This document shows positions 10,886 to 19,831 of a stretch of DNA of 64,000 nt, one piece after another. Within the stretch, counting starts at the first letter, position 1; the number at the start of each line of letters is the position of its first letter. The position numbers and the translations under genes were made by a program. The notes under the pieces are model-generated. The model searched no databases and was not told the DNA's origin. It worked only from the letters and a program-made list of their open reading frames with translations. Source of the stretch: an uncultured Hyphomicrobiaceae bacterium (lineage in GTDB: Bacteria > Pseudomonadota > Alphaproteobacteria > Rhizobiales > CALHAX01). The stretch spans positions 30,701 through 94,700 of the forward strand of contig CALHAX010000105.1 in NCBI GenBank assembly GCA_937931785.1. The letters are read 5' to 3'.

Positions 10886-12043
10886 TCACCCTAACCGATC
10901 GGGAAGTGCCTCAACCGTTCTGCATCCCAGTTGTCCCATGGCGCATTGGAGTTCTGCTTTCAGGACACGCACTGCATGAGTCGCACCAGGGGCACCCATG
11001 GCAGCTACGGCATAATAGAACGGCCGTCCCAGCAGGACGAAATTCGCGCCTTTCGCAATCATGCGGCAGACGTCGGTTCCAGTGCGCACGCCACCGTCAG
11101 CGATGAGTGGAAAATCCTTCCCAAGAGCGGCGCGAATATCCGGCAGAACGTCGATAGCGCTTGGCGCCGCCTCCATCTGCCGTCCACCGTGGTTCGAGAG
11201 AATAAGTCCATCGGCACCTGTATCGCGGCACCGTTTCGCATCTTCAATATCCAGAATGCCTTTCACAATCAAATTGCCGTTCCACCGTTTGCGCAGGTCT
11301 TCCAGCATGGCTGGTGTCACGTGATTGGCGGTCAGATCTGTCATGAATCGCAACGCCTGATCCCGGGTGTGACCTGACGGCACATACGGCATGAGCGTTT
11401 CAAAAGTTGGCGAACCGGCCCGCAGCATGGCCCAGGCCCACGCCGGACATTGTGCAATCTGCCATGCGGTGCGGGCATTGAACTGCAATGGCAGGGAAAA
11501 CCCGTTGCGAATGTCATGATCGCGACGCATGGGAGCGGGCACATCAACCGTAACGATCAGTGTGGAGTACCCCGCCGTTTCGGCCCGACGAAGAATATCC
11601 TCTTCTATGGCAGCCTGGTTGGGCCGATATAGTTGGAACCAGCCACAGCTTCCCGCCATCACACGTAGTTTTTCAAGGCTCGCAAGTGCGAACGTCGCGG
11701 CACCAAAGGGAATATTTTCATCCCGTGCAGCAGCGGCAAGCGTTTCTGTCGCTTTGGCCCAGGCAGTGCCCCCCAAACCAACAGGCGCTATGCCGAATGG
11801 TGCCGCGAACGACTGCCCCAGCAGTTTGCATGAGGTATCAACGCAATCAGCGTCCACCAGATAACGCGGCACGAGCTTGACCGCATCCAGTGCCGACCGG
11901 TTGTGTGCAACTCCGCCACCTCGACCCATTCCGCACGCGATGTAATCCCGCACGAACTTCGGCATGCGTCGCATCGCAGCCCGTTCGATGTCGACAAACG
12001 CCGGGAATCGCCGGTCCAGCACAGGATCAATGGATACAGTCAC
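10886..12043 (-). CDS. FMN-dependent alpha-hydroxy-acid dehydrogenase/oxidase (LldD / glycolate oxidase family)
   Basis: 385 aa with an FMN_dh-type TIM barrel and the SNHGGRQ motif. GTG start preceded by GGAGG. Confidence 0.85.
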   Translation of the reverse strand: MTVSIDPVLDRRFPAFVDIERAAMRRMPKFVRDYIACGMGRGGGVAHNRSALDAVKLVPRYLVDADCVDTSCKLLGQSFAAPFGIAPVGLGGTAWAKATETLAAAARDENIPFGAATFALASLEKLRVMAGSCGWFQLYRPNQAAIEEDILRRAETAGYSTLIVTVDVPAPMRRDHDIRNGFSLPLQFNARTAWQIAQCPAWAWAMLRAGSPTFETLMPYVPSGHTRDQALRFMTDLTANHVTPAMLEDLRKRWNGNLIVKGILDIEDAKRCRDTGADGLILSNHGGRQMEAAPSAIDVLPDIRAALGKDFPLIADGGVRTGTDVCRMIAKGANFVLLGRPFYYAVAAMGAPGATHAVRVLKAELQCAMGQLGCRTVEALPDRLG

Positions 12044-12054
12044 CGTACGATACC

Positions 12055-12100
12055 TCCGTTCTGACCGTCCTCACCTTGAGGCGAACACCATCAGAACGGA
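12055..12100 (-). promoter_or_regulatory. Intercistronic stem-loop overlapping the Shine-Dalgarno of the FMN-dehydrogenase gene
   Basis: Perfect 10-nt inverted arms TCCGTTCTGA (12055-12064) and TCAGAACGGA (12091-12100) enclose an inner CCTCA-cct-TGAGG hairpin. On the mRNA strand the 3' arm runs into the GGAGG RBS. Confidence 0.4.
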
Positions 12101-12112
12101 AGTACCGGAAAC

Positions 12113-12985
12113 CTACAATCCCAACTTTTCCTTGAGCACCTCCGGCACACCGCTCGGTGTGGCGCACACCGTCACGCCAGCGGCTTCCAAAGCGGCCTTC
12201 TTGCCCGCATAGCTCCCCTTGTTGCCCATGACAATCGCGCCCGCATGTCCCATCTTCTTGCCAGGCGGGGAGGCGGCTCCGGCGATGAATGATGCAATAG
12301 GTTTGCTCATGCCTTTGGCGTAGTCCGCAGCGTCTTCTTCCATGGAACCACCGATTTCGCCAACAAGTGCAATCCCGATGGTTTTTTCATCCGCATCGAG
12401 TGCCTTGAGAGCATCCGTTGTGGTCGTCCCAATGATCGGATCACCCCCGATACCGACAAATGCGGAGATGCCCATGCCCGCCTGCACGACGTTGAGACAG
12501 AGCAGGGTGCCGAGCGACCCGGAACGCGAAATCACGCCGATGTTGCCTGGCTTGAAGACGAGCGGATTGAATGCCGGCATGAACCCCACGAAGCATTCAC
12601 CAGGCGTCACGATGCCCGCCGTGTTCGGGCCGATGATTTTTGTTCCAGCTTCTTTCGCTTCTGCCATGACGTGCATGACGTCCTGAACGGGGACATGTTC
12701 CGTCATGATGACGAGTTTCTTGATGCCGCCCGCAATCGCATCGAGCGCAGCCGCTTTCACGCCCATCGGAGGGATGAACAACACCGACACATCAATCTGC
12801 GTGTCCTTCGCTGCATCGCTCGCAGAGCCCCAAACCGGGAGGCCAAGATGCTCCGTGCCAGCCTTCTTCGGATTCACGCCACCGATGATCTTGGTACCGT
12901 ATTCTCGCATGCGTTCGGCCCAGAACGTGCCTTGCTTGCCGGTGATGCCCTGCACGAGCACAGTTTCATTACCACGAACAATCAT
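12113..12985 (-). CDS. ADP-forming acyl-CoA ligase, alpha subunit (SucD/MtkB-like paralog)
   Basis: 290 aa with the VQGITGKQGTF CoA-binding motif and the phosphohistidine loop MGHAGAIV. The N-terminus diverges from housekeeping SucD. Confidence 0.85.
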   Translation of the reverse strand: MIVRGNETVLVQGITGKQGTFWAERMREYGTKIIGGVNPKKAGTEHLGLPVWGSASDAAKDTQIDVSVLFIPPMGVKAAALDAIAGGIKKLVIMTEHVPVQDVMHVMAEAKEAGTKIIGPNTAGIVTPGECFVGFMPAFNPLVFKPGNIGVISRSGSLGTLLCLNVVQAGMGISAFVGIGGDPIIGTTTTDALKALDADEKTIGIALVGEIGGSMEEDAADYAKGMSKPIASFIAGAASPPGKKMGHAGAIVMGNKGSYAGKKAALEAAGVTVCATPSGVPEVLKEKLGL

Positions 12986-14109
12986 TGTGCTGCCTCCCCA
13001 CTGGCCGCTGCAACGGCAGCCTTCACGGCATCATCCATCAGGTCGAAGGGCTCCAGTCTCAACTGATCGCGGACCATGGCTTGCGCTTCTTCCTCGCCCG
13101 TGCCGTGAATTGTCCAGAACACCGGGATATCCGGTTTCAATTCAGCCCAGGCTTTCAAAATCCCGTCGGTCATGACATCGCATCGCGCGAACGCGCCGCA
13201 GAAATTGACCAGCAACGATTTTACGCCCGGATTGGCAAGCACCAGCTTCAGCGCTTCCGTACCCTTGGTGTAGCTCTCGCCACCAATTTCCAGAAAGTTT
13301 GCAGGCGCACCACCGTAGTGCCTCACGGCATCCATCGTGGTCATCGTGAGGCCCGCACCATTTGCAAGCACACCCACATTGCCTTCGAATTCAAAGAACT
13401 TAAGATCAAGTTCCTTGGCCCTGGCTTCAAGGCCGGAGAGTTTGTCCGGCGTTCCGTGTGGCACCAGTTCAGCCTGGCGCGGAATAGAACTGTCTTCCAG
13501 CGTGAACTTGCAATCCAGCGCCATCAGCGTGCCATCAGCCGTTACGACAAGAGGATTGATCTCCAGCAATTCTGCATCGTTCGTCCGGTATGCGTTGTAA
13601 AGTTTGACCATCAGGGCCGCGATACCATCGGGTGTGCCCGCAGGGAGTTTGCCATCAAGGTCCGCTTCTTTCAAACCGTTACGAATGTCGATGGGATGGC
13701 GTAGCAACTTGTCGGGATGGTTCTCGGCGATTTCCTCGATGTCCATGCCACCTTCGGGAGAGAAAAGCAGGAGCGGTCCCTTGCTCTCTGGATCATTCAA
13801 GATTGCAGCATAAAGTTCTGTCGCAATTGGTACCTGGCCCTCGACAAGAAGTTTTTCAACCTTGAACTCACCAATCGTCATCCCGAGAATGCGAGCTGCG
13901 GCCTCGTGCGCTTCATCAGCGGTTCCAACCACCGCAATGCCACCGGCCTTGCCACGCTTGCCGGTCGGAACCTGCGCTTTCACCACGCACGGCCCGAGGT
14001 TCGCAGCCACAGCCTTCGCCGCGTCCGCCGTTGTCACGACTTCGCCCGGTGGCGTCTCGATTCCTGCAGCCCGCAGCAACGGTTTGCCCGCGTGTTCTTC
14101 GAAGTTCAT
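12982..14109 (-). CDS. ADP-forming acyl-CoA ligase, beta (ATP-grasp) subunit (SucC/MtkA-like paralog)
   Basis: 375 aa ATP-grasp protein (VVKAQVPTGKRGKAGGI). 4-nt overlap with the alpha subunit. Shorter than canonical SucC and divergent from it. Confidence 0.85.
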   Translation of the reverse strand: MNFEEHAGKPLLRAAGIETPPGEVVTTADAAKAVAANLGPCVVKAQVPTGKRGKAGGIAVVGTADEAHEAAARILGMTIGEFKVEKLLVEGQVPIATELYAAILNDPESKGPLLLFSPEGGMDIEEIAENHPDKLLRHPIDIRNGLKEADLDGKLPAGTPDGIAALMVKLYNAYRTNDAELLEINPLVVTADGTLMALDCKFTLEDSSIPRQAELVPHGTPDKLSGLEARAKELDLKFFEFEGNVGVLANGAGLTMTTMDAVRHYGGAPANFLEIGGESYTKGTEALKLVLANPGVKSLLVNFCGAFARCDVMTDGILKAWAELKPDIPVFWTIHGTGEEEAQAMVRDQLRLEPFDLMDDAVKAAVAAASGEAAQ

Positions 14110-14163
14110 ATCTGCTCATTCCTGATTGTATTGAGAGTGCTGGTTAAGTCCTGGGTGCCGGCT

Positions 14164-15594
14164 TCACTTCCCATATTTCTCCCAGTACGCGCCGAACAGC
14201 TCTTCTTCTGCGGGCTTGTCCTCAGGAATGGTCTTGACGAGGTGCGTGACGTTGATGAAACAGCGCCAGTTGAGGTTGTCACTGATCGAGTTGGCCTGCC
14301 AGGTGCCGCACCCCATGGAGAGCGTGAAGGGGAGGCCGTTGTTGAAGCCACCACCATTCCCGAAAGTGTGCGCTTGATTGACGAGCACGCGCACCGTTTC
14401 CATATCGCGGGCCAGTTCTTCTGCATGCTCCATGTCGTTGGTGTGGATACCAACAGAGTGTCCTTTGCCCTGGAATTCTGCGATTTCTGTCACCAGTCGC
14501 TTGGCGTCGGCGAAATCCTTTGCGCGGTAGACGGTCAAAACCAGCGAGAGTTTTTCTCCAGAAAGCGGATGGCCTTTGCCAATACCTGTTTCCTCGACCA
14601 TCACGAACTTGCAGCCTTTGGCGGCGTCCGGAAGATCGAACACCTCGATGAGCGCTTCTGTCGGGCGGGCAATGACGTGACGGTTGAGCGTGCCGTTCTG
14701 CCAGAGGCGATCGACGATGGTTTCGCGCTCTCCAGCGCTTGCCATATAGCCACCAGCTTTCTCCAACGCCTTGATCGCATCATCATAGACCGCATCCACG
14801 ATCACGAGGCTGTTCTCGGACGAGCACGACGTCGCATGATCAAACGTCTTCGAAGCGCAGATTTTCTCCGCAGCATCACCGAGATCAGCCGACGCATCAA
14901 TAATCACTGGAACGTTCCCGGCGCCCACACCAATCGCGGGGCGTCCGGATGAATACGCACGCTTTACATTGTTCTGGCTGCCCGTACACACGATCAGGTC
15001 GGATTTTTCCATCACTTCCTGCGTGGCTTCCTTCGTTACCGGCATCGGAATGATCTGCACCAGGTCAGCAGGTAGCCCAATCTTTTCCAGCTCCGCCCGC
15101 ATGCCTTCTACTGTTGCGTTCGTCGCAATCCAGGCGGATGGGGAGGGCGCAATCACGACAGCGTTGCCCCCTTTCAATGCCATCATCGCCTTGTTCACTG
15201 GCGTGGCAGATGGGTTCGTCGACGGTGTGATGGCAGCGACAACCCCGACAGGTTTGGCATATTTCACGAGCCCCTTTTCGGGGATCTCCTCAATGATACC
15301 TGTCGACTTCACCCGCATCAGATCGCGCAAAGTGCCAAAAGTCTTGCGCGTATTCTTGATGACTTTGCTCTCAACCTCCCCAAGGCCGGTGGTCTCGACT
15401 GCCAGTTGCGCTAGGGATCGGGCATTTTCTGGCTTGTAGATCGACCAGGCCAGCGCGGTGACGGCCTCATCGATCCGCGCCTGTCCAACGCCGTGCAGGG
15501 ATTTCATTGCGGAACGGCCGTTCGCGATCAGGTCGTCAACGGAGACAGCAGGTGTGGTCTTGGCGTCTTGCACAGCGGCAGGGGTGGCGTTCAC
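14164..15594 (-). CDS. CoA-acylating aldehyde dehydrogenase (EutE/PduP/SauS-like class)
   Basis: 476 aa ALDH fold with the catalytic-Cys region TSCSSENS. The length and the C-terminal NWRCFINV tail are typical of acylating (CoA-dependent) ALDHs. Confidence 0.8.
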   Translation of the reverse strand: MNATPAAVQDAKTTPAVSVDDLIANGRSAMKSLHGVGQARIDEAVTALAWSIYKPENARSLAQLAVETTGLGEVESKVIKNTRKTFGTLRDLMRVKSTGIIEEIPEKGLVKYAKPVGVVAAITPSTNPSATPVNKAMMALKGGNAVVIAPSPSAWIATNATVEGMRAELEKIGLPADLVQIIPMPVTKEATQEVMEKSDLIVCTGSQNNVKRAYSSGRPAIGVGAGNVPVIIDASADLGDAAEKICASKTFDHATSCSSENSLVIVDAVYDDAIKALEKAGGYMASAGERETIVDRLWQNGTLNRHVIARPTEALIEVFDLPDAAKGCKFVMVEETGIGKGHPLSGEKLSLVLTVYRAKDFADAKRLVTEIAEFQGKGHSVGIHTNDMEHAEELARDMETVRVLVNQAHTFGNGGGFNNGLPFTLSMGCGTWQANSISDNLNWRCFINVTHLVKTIPEDKPAEEELFGAYWEKYGK

Positions 15595-15774
15595 GGGGCG
15601 CTCGTCCTTCGGGCGTGGCTGAAAGTAGGTCGGATCGGGCTTAATTGCGGGGTTGCGGCGATCCTGTCAAACCCCTGCGACAGGACACCCGGGGATTGCA
15701 CAGCAATTGTCCGATAGGCGCGGACACCGACGCACGCTATAGGGACGGCAGATCACGCCATACGGAGACCTTCC

Positions 15775-16704
15775 ATGTTTACCACGAATACCCCGGCCGA
15801 GTTGCCCCGTGCCCTCATCGCCAAGGCGCAGGAACGGCCACCGGTGCGGACCGCTGTGGTAAATGCCGTGAACGATGTGGTCATGGAGAGCGTACGTGAT
15901 GCCGTGGCGGAACGCCTGATCGAACCTGTGCTGGTTGGCGCGCCGGCGCGCATCAAGGCCGAAGCGGAGAAACTAGATTTTGACATCTCCGCCTTCGAAA
16001 TCGTTGCTGCCGATGGTGAAGAAGCGTCCGCTGCCGCCGGAGCCGTCCTCGCTGCTGGGGACACCGTGCAAGCCGTGATGAAGGGCCATCTTCACACTGA
16101 TATTTACATGAAGGCCCTGCTTGGTCGCGACGCAGGATTGCGGACAGGCAATCCTTTCACGCACCTGTTTTACATGACCGTCCCCGGCCACGATGAAGGG
16201 CTAATCATCACGGATGCGGCCTTGAACCCCGCACCGGATGTCGAAACCCGCAAGGCTATTACAATCAATGCCGTTGCCATGTTGCATGGCCTTGGCGTCG
16301 CCCGCCCCAAGGTTGCACTCTTGTCTGCGACCGAAGTGCCGAACCCGAAAATCCCATCCAGCGGGGAGGCGGTCGAAATCGCCGCCTGGGCCAGGGACAA
16401 CGTACCGGACGCTGATGTGGACGGCCCACTGGCGTTCGATCTGGCCGTCTCCAGCGAAGCCGTAGCCGTAAAAGGGGTCGTCTCATCTGTTGCTGGTCAG
16501 GCAGATGTCATCGTTGTGCCAGAAATTGTCTCGGGCAATGCGCTCTTCAAGATGATGGTACAGTTCATGGGCGCCTGTGCGGGAGGTCTTGTGATGGGAG
16601 CAAAAGTTCCGATCTTGCTCACCAGTCGTGCCGATCCACCTGTCGCCCGTCTTGCTTCCGCCGCCCTTGCATCGGTCGCCAGTTCCGCCGCTTCCCGCTC
16701 CTAG
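15775..16704 (+). CDS. Phosphate acetyl/butyryl-transferase family protein (Pta/Ptb-like)
   Basis: 309 aa with a PTA_PTB-type sequence (ITDAALNPAPD, VPEIVSGNALFKMM). Divergent from the ALDH operon. Confidence 0.85.
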   Translation: MFTTNTPAELPRALIAKAQERPPVRTAVVNAVNDVVMESVRDAVAERLIEPVLVGAPARIKAEAEKLDFDISAFEIVAADGEEASAAAGAVLAAGDTVQAVMKGHLHTDIYMKALLGRDAGLRTGNPFTHLFYMTVPGHDEGLIITDAALNPAPDVETRKAITINAVAMLHGLGVARPKVALLSATEVPNPKIPSSGEAVEIAAWARDNVPDADVDGPLAFDLAVSSEAVAVKGVVSSVAGQADVIVVPEIVSGNALFKMMVQFMGACAGGLVMGAKVPILLTSRADPPVARLASAALASVASSAASRS

Positions 16705-16805
16705 GGCGTGCCCGCTTGGATGGAGCCGCCGAAGCCCTCGTGGTCCAACCCACAACGCCGCGTCGTGGTTCCGCTTGGAACAGATGCATTACAGGAAACC
16801 AACAC

Positions 16806-17306
16806 ATGCCTACACATCCGTTTTTCGGCGAGTATGAGACCGCAGCCGACGACACGTCGTGCGATTTTCCGGCGATCCTGGTCGACAACGTCGAAGTGGA
16901 ACCCATGATCATTGAACTCGGCCCCCCCGTGACGGCCGAACTCATCGACCGGTTCGCGGAGTTCTGCAAGGATTTGGACACCCACGTTGCAACAGTCCGT
17001 TCTGTCGTACGTGATGCACATCAGGACTTTGTTGTCCCTTTTGTCGATGATCTCATTGAGTCCAATCCCGGTTCGGACATCCTCGCAGCACTGTTTCCAG
17101 ATGAAAAAGGGTTGGTATCCGTCGCACAGCTGACGCCGGAAATGGTGAAACGCGCCACTTCCGTCACCAGTTGCATGACAGATACAGATTCAGATGACTC
17201 CCAGATCACACTGGATCTCACCTTCCACGCCGAGGACATGAACTACTTGCTGGCATGCACGTTCGACTTCGACGGCACTTTCCTCGAACTGGATGTCGAG
17301 AGCTGA
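16806..17306 (+). CDS. Hypothetical acidic cytoplasmic protein
   Basis: ATG preceded by AGGAAA. 166 aa, rich in Asp and Glu, with no TM segment or signal peptide. I do not recognise a family. Confidence 0.55.
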   Translation: MPTHPFFGEYETAADDTSCDFPAILVDNVEVEPMIIELGPPVTAELIDRFAEFCKDLDTHVATVRSVVRDAHQDFVVPFVDDLIESNPGSDILAALFPDEKGLVSVAQLTPEMVKRATSVTSCMTDTDSDDSQITLDLTFHAEDMNYLLACTFDFDGTFLELDVES

Positions 17307-17407
17307 CGGTGTGTGTCGTGTGTATGCTCAAACGTCAGCCATGAGATTGCCACGCCTTTGTAGGAGAACAGACCAGTATTGAAGGATGTCGGGAGGCAGA
17401 CGAAGCG

Positions 17408-18196
17408 GTGGACTGGCTCGAACCTGTTCTGAAAACCATCGACAGATGGACACGGCGTTGTGCCGCAGCGTTGGCCCACAGCGTGGCGCCGTTGATCGCC
17501 ATCACGTTCTTTGCCACAGACTACCTTGACGATCGCGCCCGTATGGCAAACGAGCCCGCGCCGGCCGCATGGCTCACTGGTGCCAAGGAAGACGACAGAT
17601 TGATCGTCGCCGGGCTGCCAATCGCCTATTGGGGCAAACCGGATGCGCGCTATTCCAACTACGCGACCAAGGGTAAGGAAAAGCCGGTCGGAATCGTGGT
17701 GCATTTCACGCGTGCAAAACCTGTCCTCTGGATGGTGAAATACGGTCACGTTCAGGACAAGAGCCGCGGGGGTGCCTCGTTCGGCTATCATTTCTACATC
17801 GGCCGGGACGGCAAGGTTGCCCAGGGTGCGCCGCTCTCAAAACGAACCAATCACATCAAATCGACGAAACGCAAGGAACGCACGCAGATCGCACGTCATC
17901 TCTGGTCCGGTAACACGATTGGTATATCAATGGTCGGCGGGTGTGACCGCCTGCTACGTCCGAACGCCTGGTGGCGTGTCACCAATTGCTCCGACGAATT
18001 CCTGACCGACGCTCAATTCAAGTCCGGACGTGCACTTATCAAGGCCATTCAAGAGCGCTACAACATGCGATGTCGGGAAGTGTACGGGCACGGTGAATTG
18101 CAAACCGACCGCGATAACTTCGAAGGCGCAACATTGACGCGACGTGTGCGCGCCGACTGTCCTGAGCAGGTTGCTGCAAAGCCCGGGAGCAGTTGA
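17408..18196 (+). CDS. N-acetylmuramoyl-L-alanine amidase domain protein (Amidase_2/PGRP fold), probably membrane-anchored
   Basis: GIVVHFT...FGYHFYIGRDGKV...GHGEL motifs of Amidase_2. An N-terminal hydrophobic segment AAALAHSVAPLIAITFFA. The start is uncertain (GTG 17408 or ATG 17543). Confidence 0.75.
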   Translation: MDWLEPVLKTIDRWTRRCAAALAHSVAPLIAITFFATDYLDDRARMANEPAPAAWLTGAKEDDRLIVAGLPIAYWGKPDARYSNYATKGKEKPVGIVVHFTRAKPVLWMVKYGHVQDKSRGGASFGYHFYIGRDGKVAQGAPLSKRTNHIKSTKRKERTQIARHLWSGNTIGISMVGGCDRLLRPNAWWRVTNCSDEFLTDAQFKSGRALIKAIQERYNMRCREVYGHGELQTDRDNFEGATLTRRVRADCPEQVAAKPGSS

Positions 18197-18350
18197 AGAC
18201 TTGTCATGTATCGCGGCAGTTCCCGCTTGCCCGGATCAGGCATCTCCGTTGACGGGTACTCCGGCACATGATCAAACCACCGCCGCAATATAACGATCTG
18301 CGCGCCGCACCTGGAGAGCGTGCACGCCACTGTACCCCGAAACGAGTTCA

Positions 18351-19235
18351 TTGATGACAACCAGAGCAATCTCGTACCAGGGCGAACCCGGTGCCAATTC
18401 TCACATCGCCTGCATGACGGCATACCCTGATCTAACGCCGCTGCCGTGCAAAACGTTCCAGGATGCGTTGCAAGCCGTTACGTCAGGTGTAGCCGACTAC
18501 GCGATGATCCCGATCGAGAATTCTCTGGCGGGTCGGGTCGCAGACATTCACCACCTCCTTCCCAACGCCGATCTCTATATCGTTGCCGAGCATTTCGAGC
18601 GGATCAATCACATGTTGCTCGGCACAGCTGGGGCGACGCTGGACGGACTGGCATCCGCTCATAGCCATATTCATGCCCTTGGTCAGTGTCGCAACATTAT
18701 CGCGAACTTGGGTCTGACAGCCGTACAGGAAGCCGACACTGCAGGTGCGGCGCGCCTTATCAGCGAGCGCAAGGATCCGACACAGGCCGCGATCGCCACC
18801 AAACTCGCAGCCGAGATTTATGGCCTGGAGATCCTGAAAGCCAACATCCAGGACAACAACAGCAACACAACCCGATTCATCCTGTTGTCAGCCGAACCGC
18901 ACGATTGTGAGGTCGATCCCGGGAACGTGATGACGACATTCATCTTTCGCGTTCGCAACGTGCCAGCGGCGCTTTACAAATCGCTGGGAGGGTTCGCAAC
19001 GAACGGAGTCAACATGACGAAGCTCGAATCCTACCAGTTTGGCGGAACCTTCAACGCGACCATGTTCTACGCTGACATTGAGGGGCATCCATCGGAGCGT
19101 CTGGTGCAACTCGCCATGGATGAATTGGGGTTCTTCTCGTCTGAAGTCCGCGTTCTGGGCAGTTACCCACGCAGCCAAACGCGGGATATCCTGAAAGCCG
19201 AACACGACGCCCCTGGCCCAGCCAGCGCGGTTTGA
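18351..19235 (+). CDS. pheA: Prephenate dehydratase
   Basis: ISYQGEPGANSH, IPIENSLAGRV, the TRF motif and a C-terminal ACT domain. Confidence 0.92.
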   Translation: MMTTRAISYQGEPGANSHIACMTAYPDLTPLPCKTFQDALQAVTSGVADYAMIPIENSLAGRVADIHHLLPNADLYIVAEHFERINHMLLGTAGATLDGLASAHSHIHALGQCRNIIANLGLTAVQEADTAGAARLISERKDPTQAAIATKLAAEIYGLEILKANIQDNNSNTTRFILLSAEPHDCEVDPGNVMTTFIFRVRNVPAALYKSLGGFATNGVNMTKLESYQFGGTFNATMFYADIEGHPSERLVQLAMDELGFFSSEVRVLGSYPRSQTRDILKAEHDAPGPASAV

Positions 19236-19349
19236 AGGCAAATGCCAAGCCTCCATGCTCATCACGTTTCGGCATCGCTCCCCGCTGGTGCCCATCACCA
19301 CTTGACGCCGTGATGCGAACCGGGCAGAGAGTGCGCCAGCCGTCATGAT

Positions 19350-19426
19350 CGGGGTATAGCTCAGCCTGGTAGAGCACTGGTTTTGGGAACCAGGGGTCCG
19401 GAGTTCGAATCCCCGTGCCCCGACCA
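19350..19426 (+). tRNA. tRNA-Pro (anticodon UGG)
   Basis: Hand-folded cloverleaf. Acceptor CGGGGTA/TGCCCCG, anticodon stem CTGGT/ACCAG with loop TTTGGGA, T-loop TTCGAAT, and an encoded CCA. There is one A-C mismatch in the T stem. Confidence 0.88.
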
Positions 19427-19464
19427 CGACGACTTGTTTACCTGCCATCACATTCGGGGTCGTC

Positions 19465-19770
19465 ATGGTTGCGCGGATTTATCAGCCAGCAAAGACCGCC
19501 ATGCAGTCCGGTGTTGCCCGCACACAGAAGTGGGTGCTTGAGCACGATCGCGCATCAGCTCGAACAACGGAACCGTTGATGGGCTGGACATCTTCGTCCG
19601 ATACACGCCAGCAGGTGCAACTCACGTTCGATACGAAGGACGAGGCCGTTGCTTATGCCAAGCGTAACGGTTTGGCTTATACGGTAAGCGCACCTAAACC
19701 GCGCAAGCAAACGCCAAAATCGTACTCCGACAATTTCAAGTTCGGTCGCCGCGCGCCCTGGACGCATTAG
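19465..19770 (+). CDS. ETC complex I subunit conserved-region protein (NDUFS4-like)
   Basis: 101 aa. ARIYQPAKTAMQSG...MGWTSSSD...AYA is the alphaproteobacterial NDUFS4 homolog signature. Confidence 0.85.
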   Translation: MVARIYQPAKTAMQSGVARTQKWVLEHDRASARTTEPLMGWTSSSDTRQQVQLTFDTKDEAVAYAKRNGLAYTVSAPKPRKQTPKSYSDNFKFGRRAPWTH

Positions 19771-19831
19771 TCCCGGACGATTCATTGCGTCGTAGGGTGC
19801 TGAGCCGCCAGATCTCTTCATTTGAACCGCA

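Noticed and set aside
12113-14109. An interpretation of the SucCD-like pair as the housekeeping succinyl-CoA synthetase.
   Set aside because: It lacks the usual mdh/sucAB neighbours. The beta subunit is short with a divergent N-terminus, and the pair is embedded between an acylating ALDH and a 2-hydroxy-acid dehydrogenase. This still needs confirmation by locating a canonical sucCD elsewhere in the genome.
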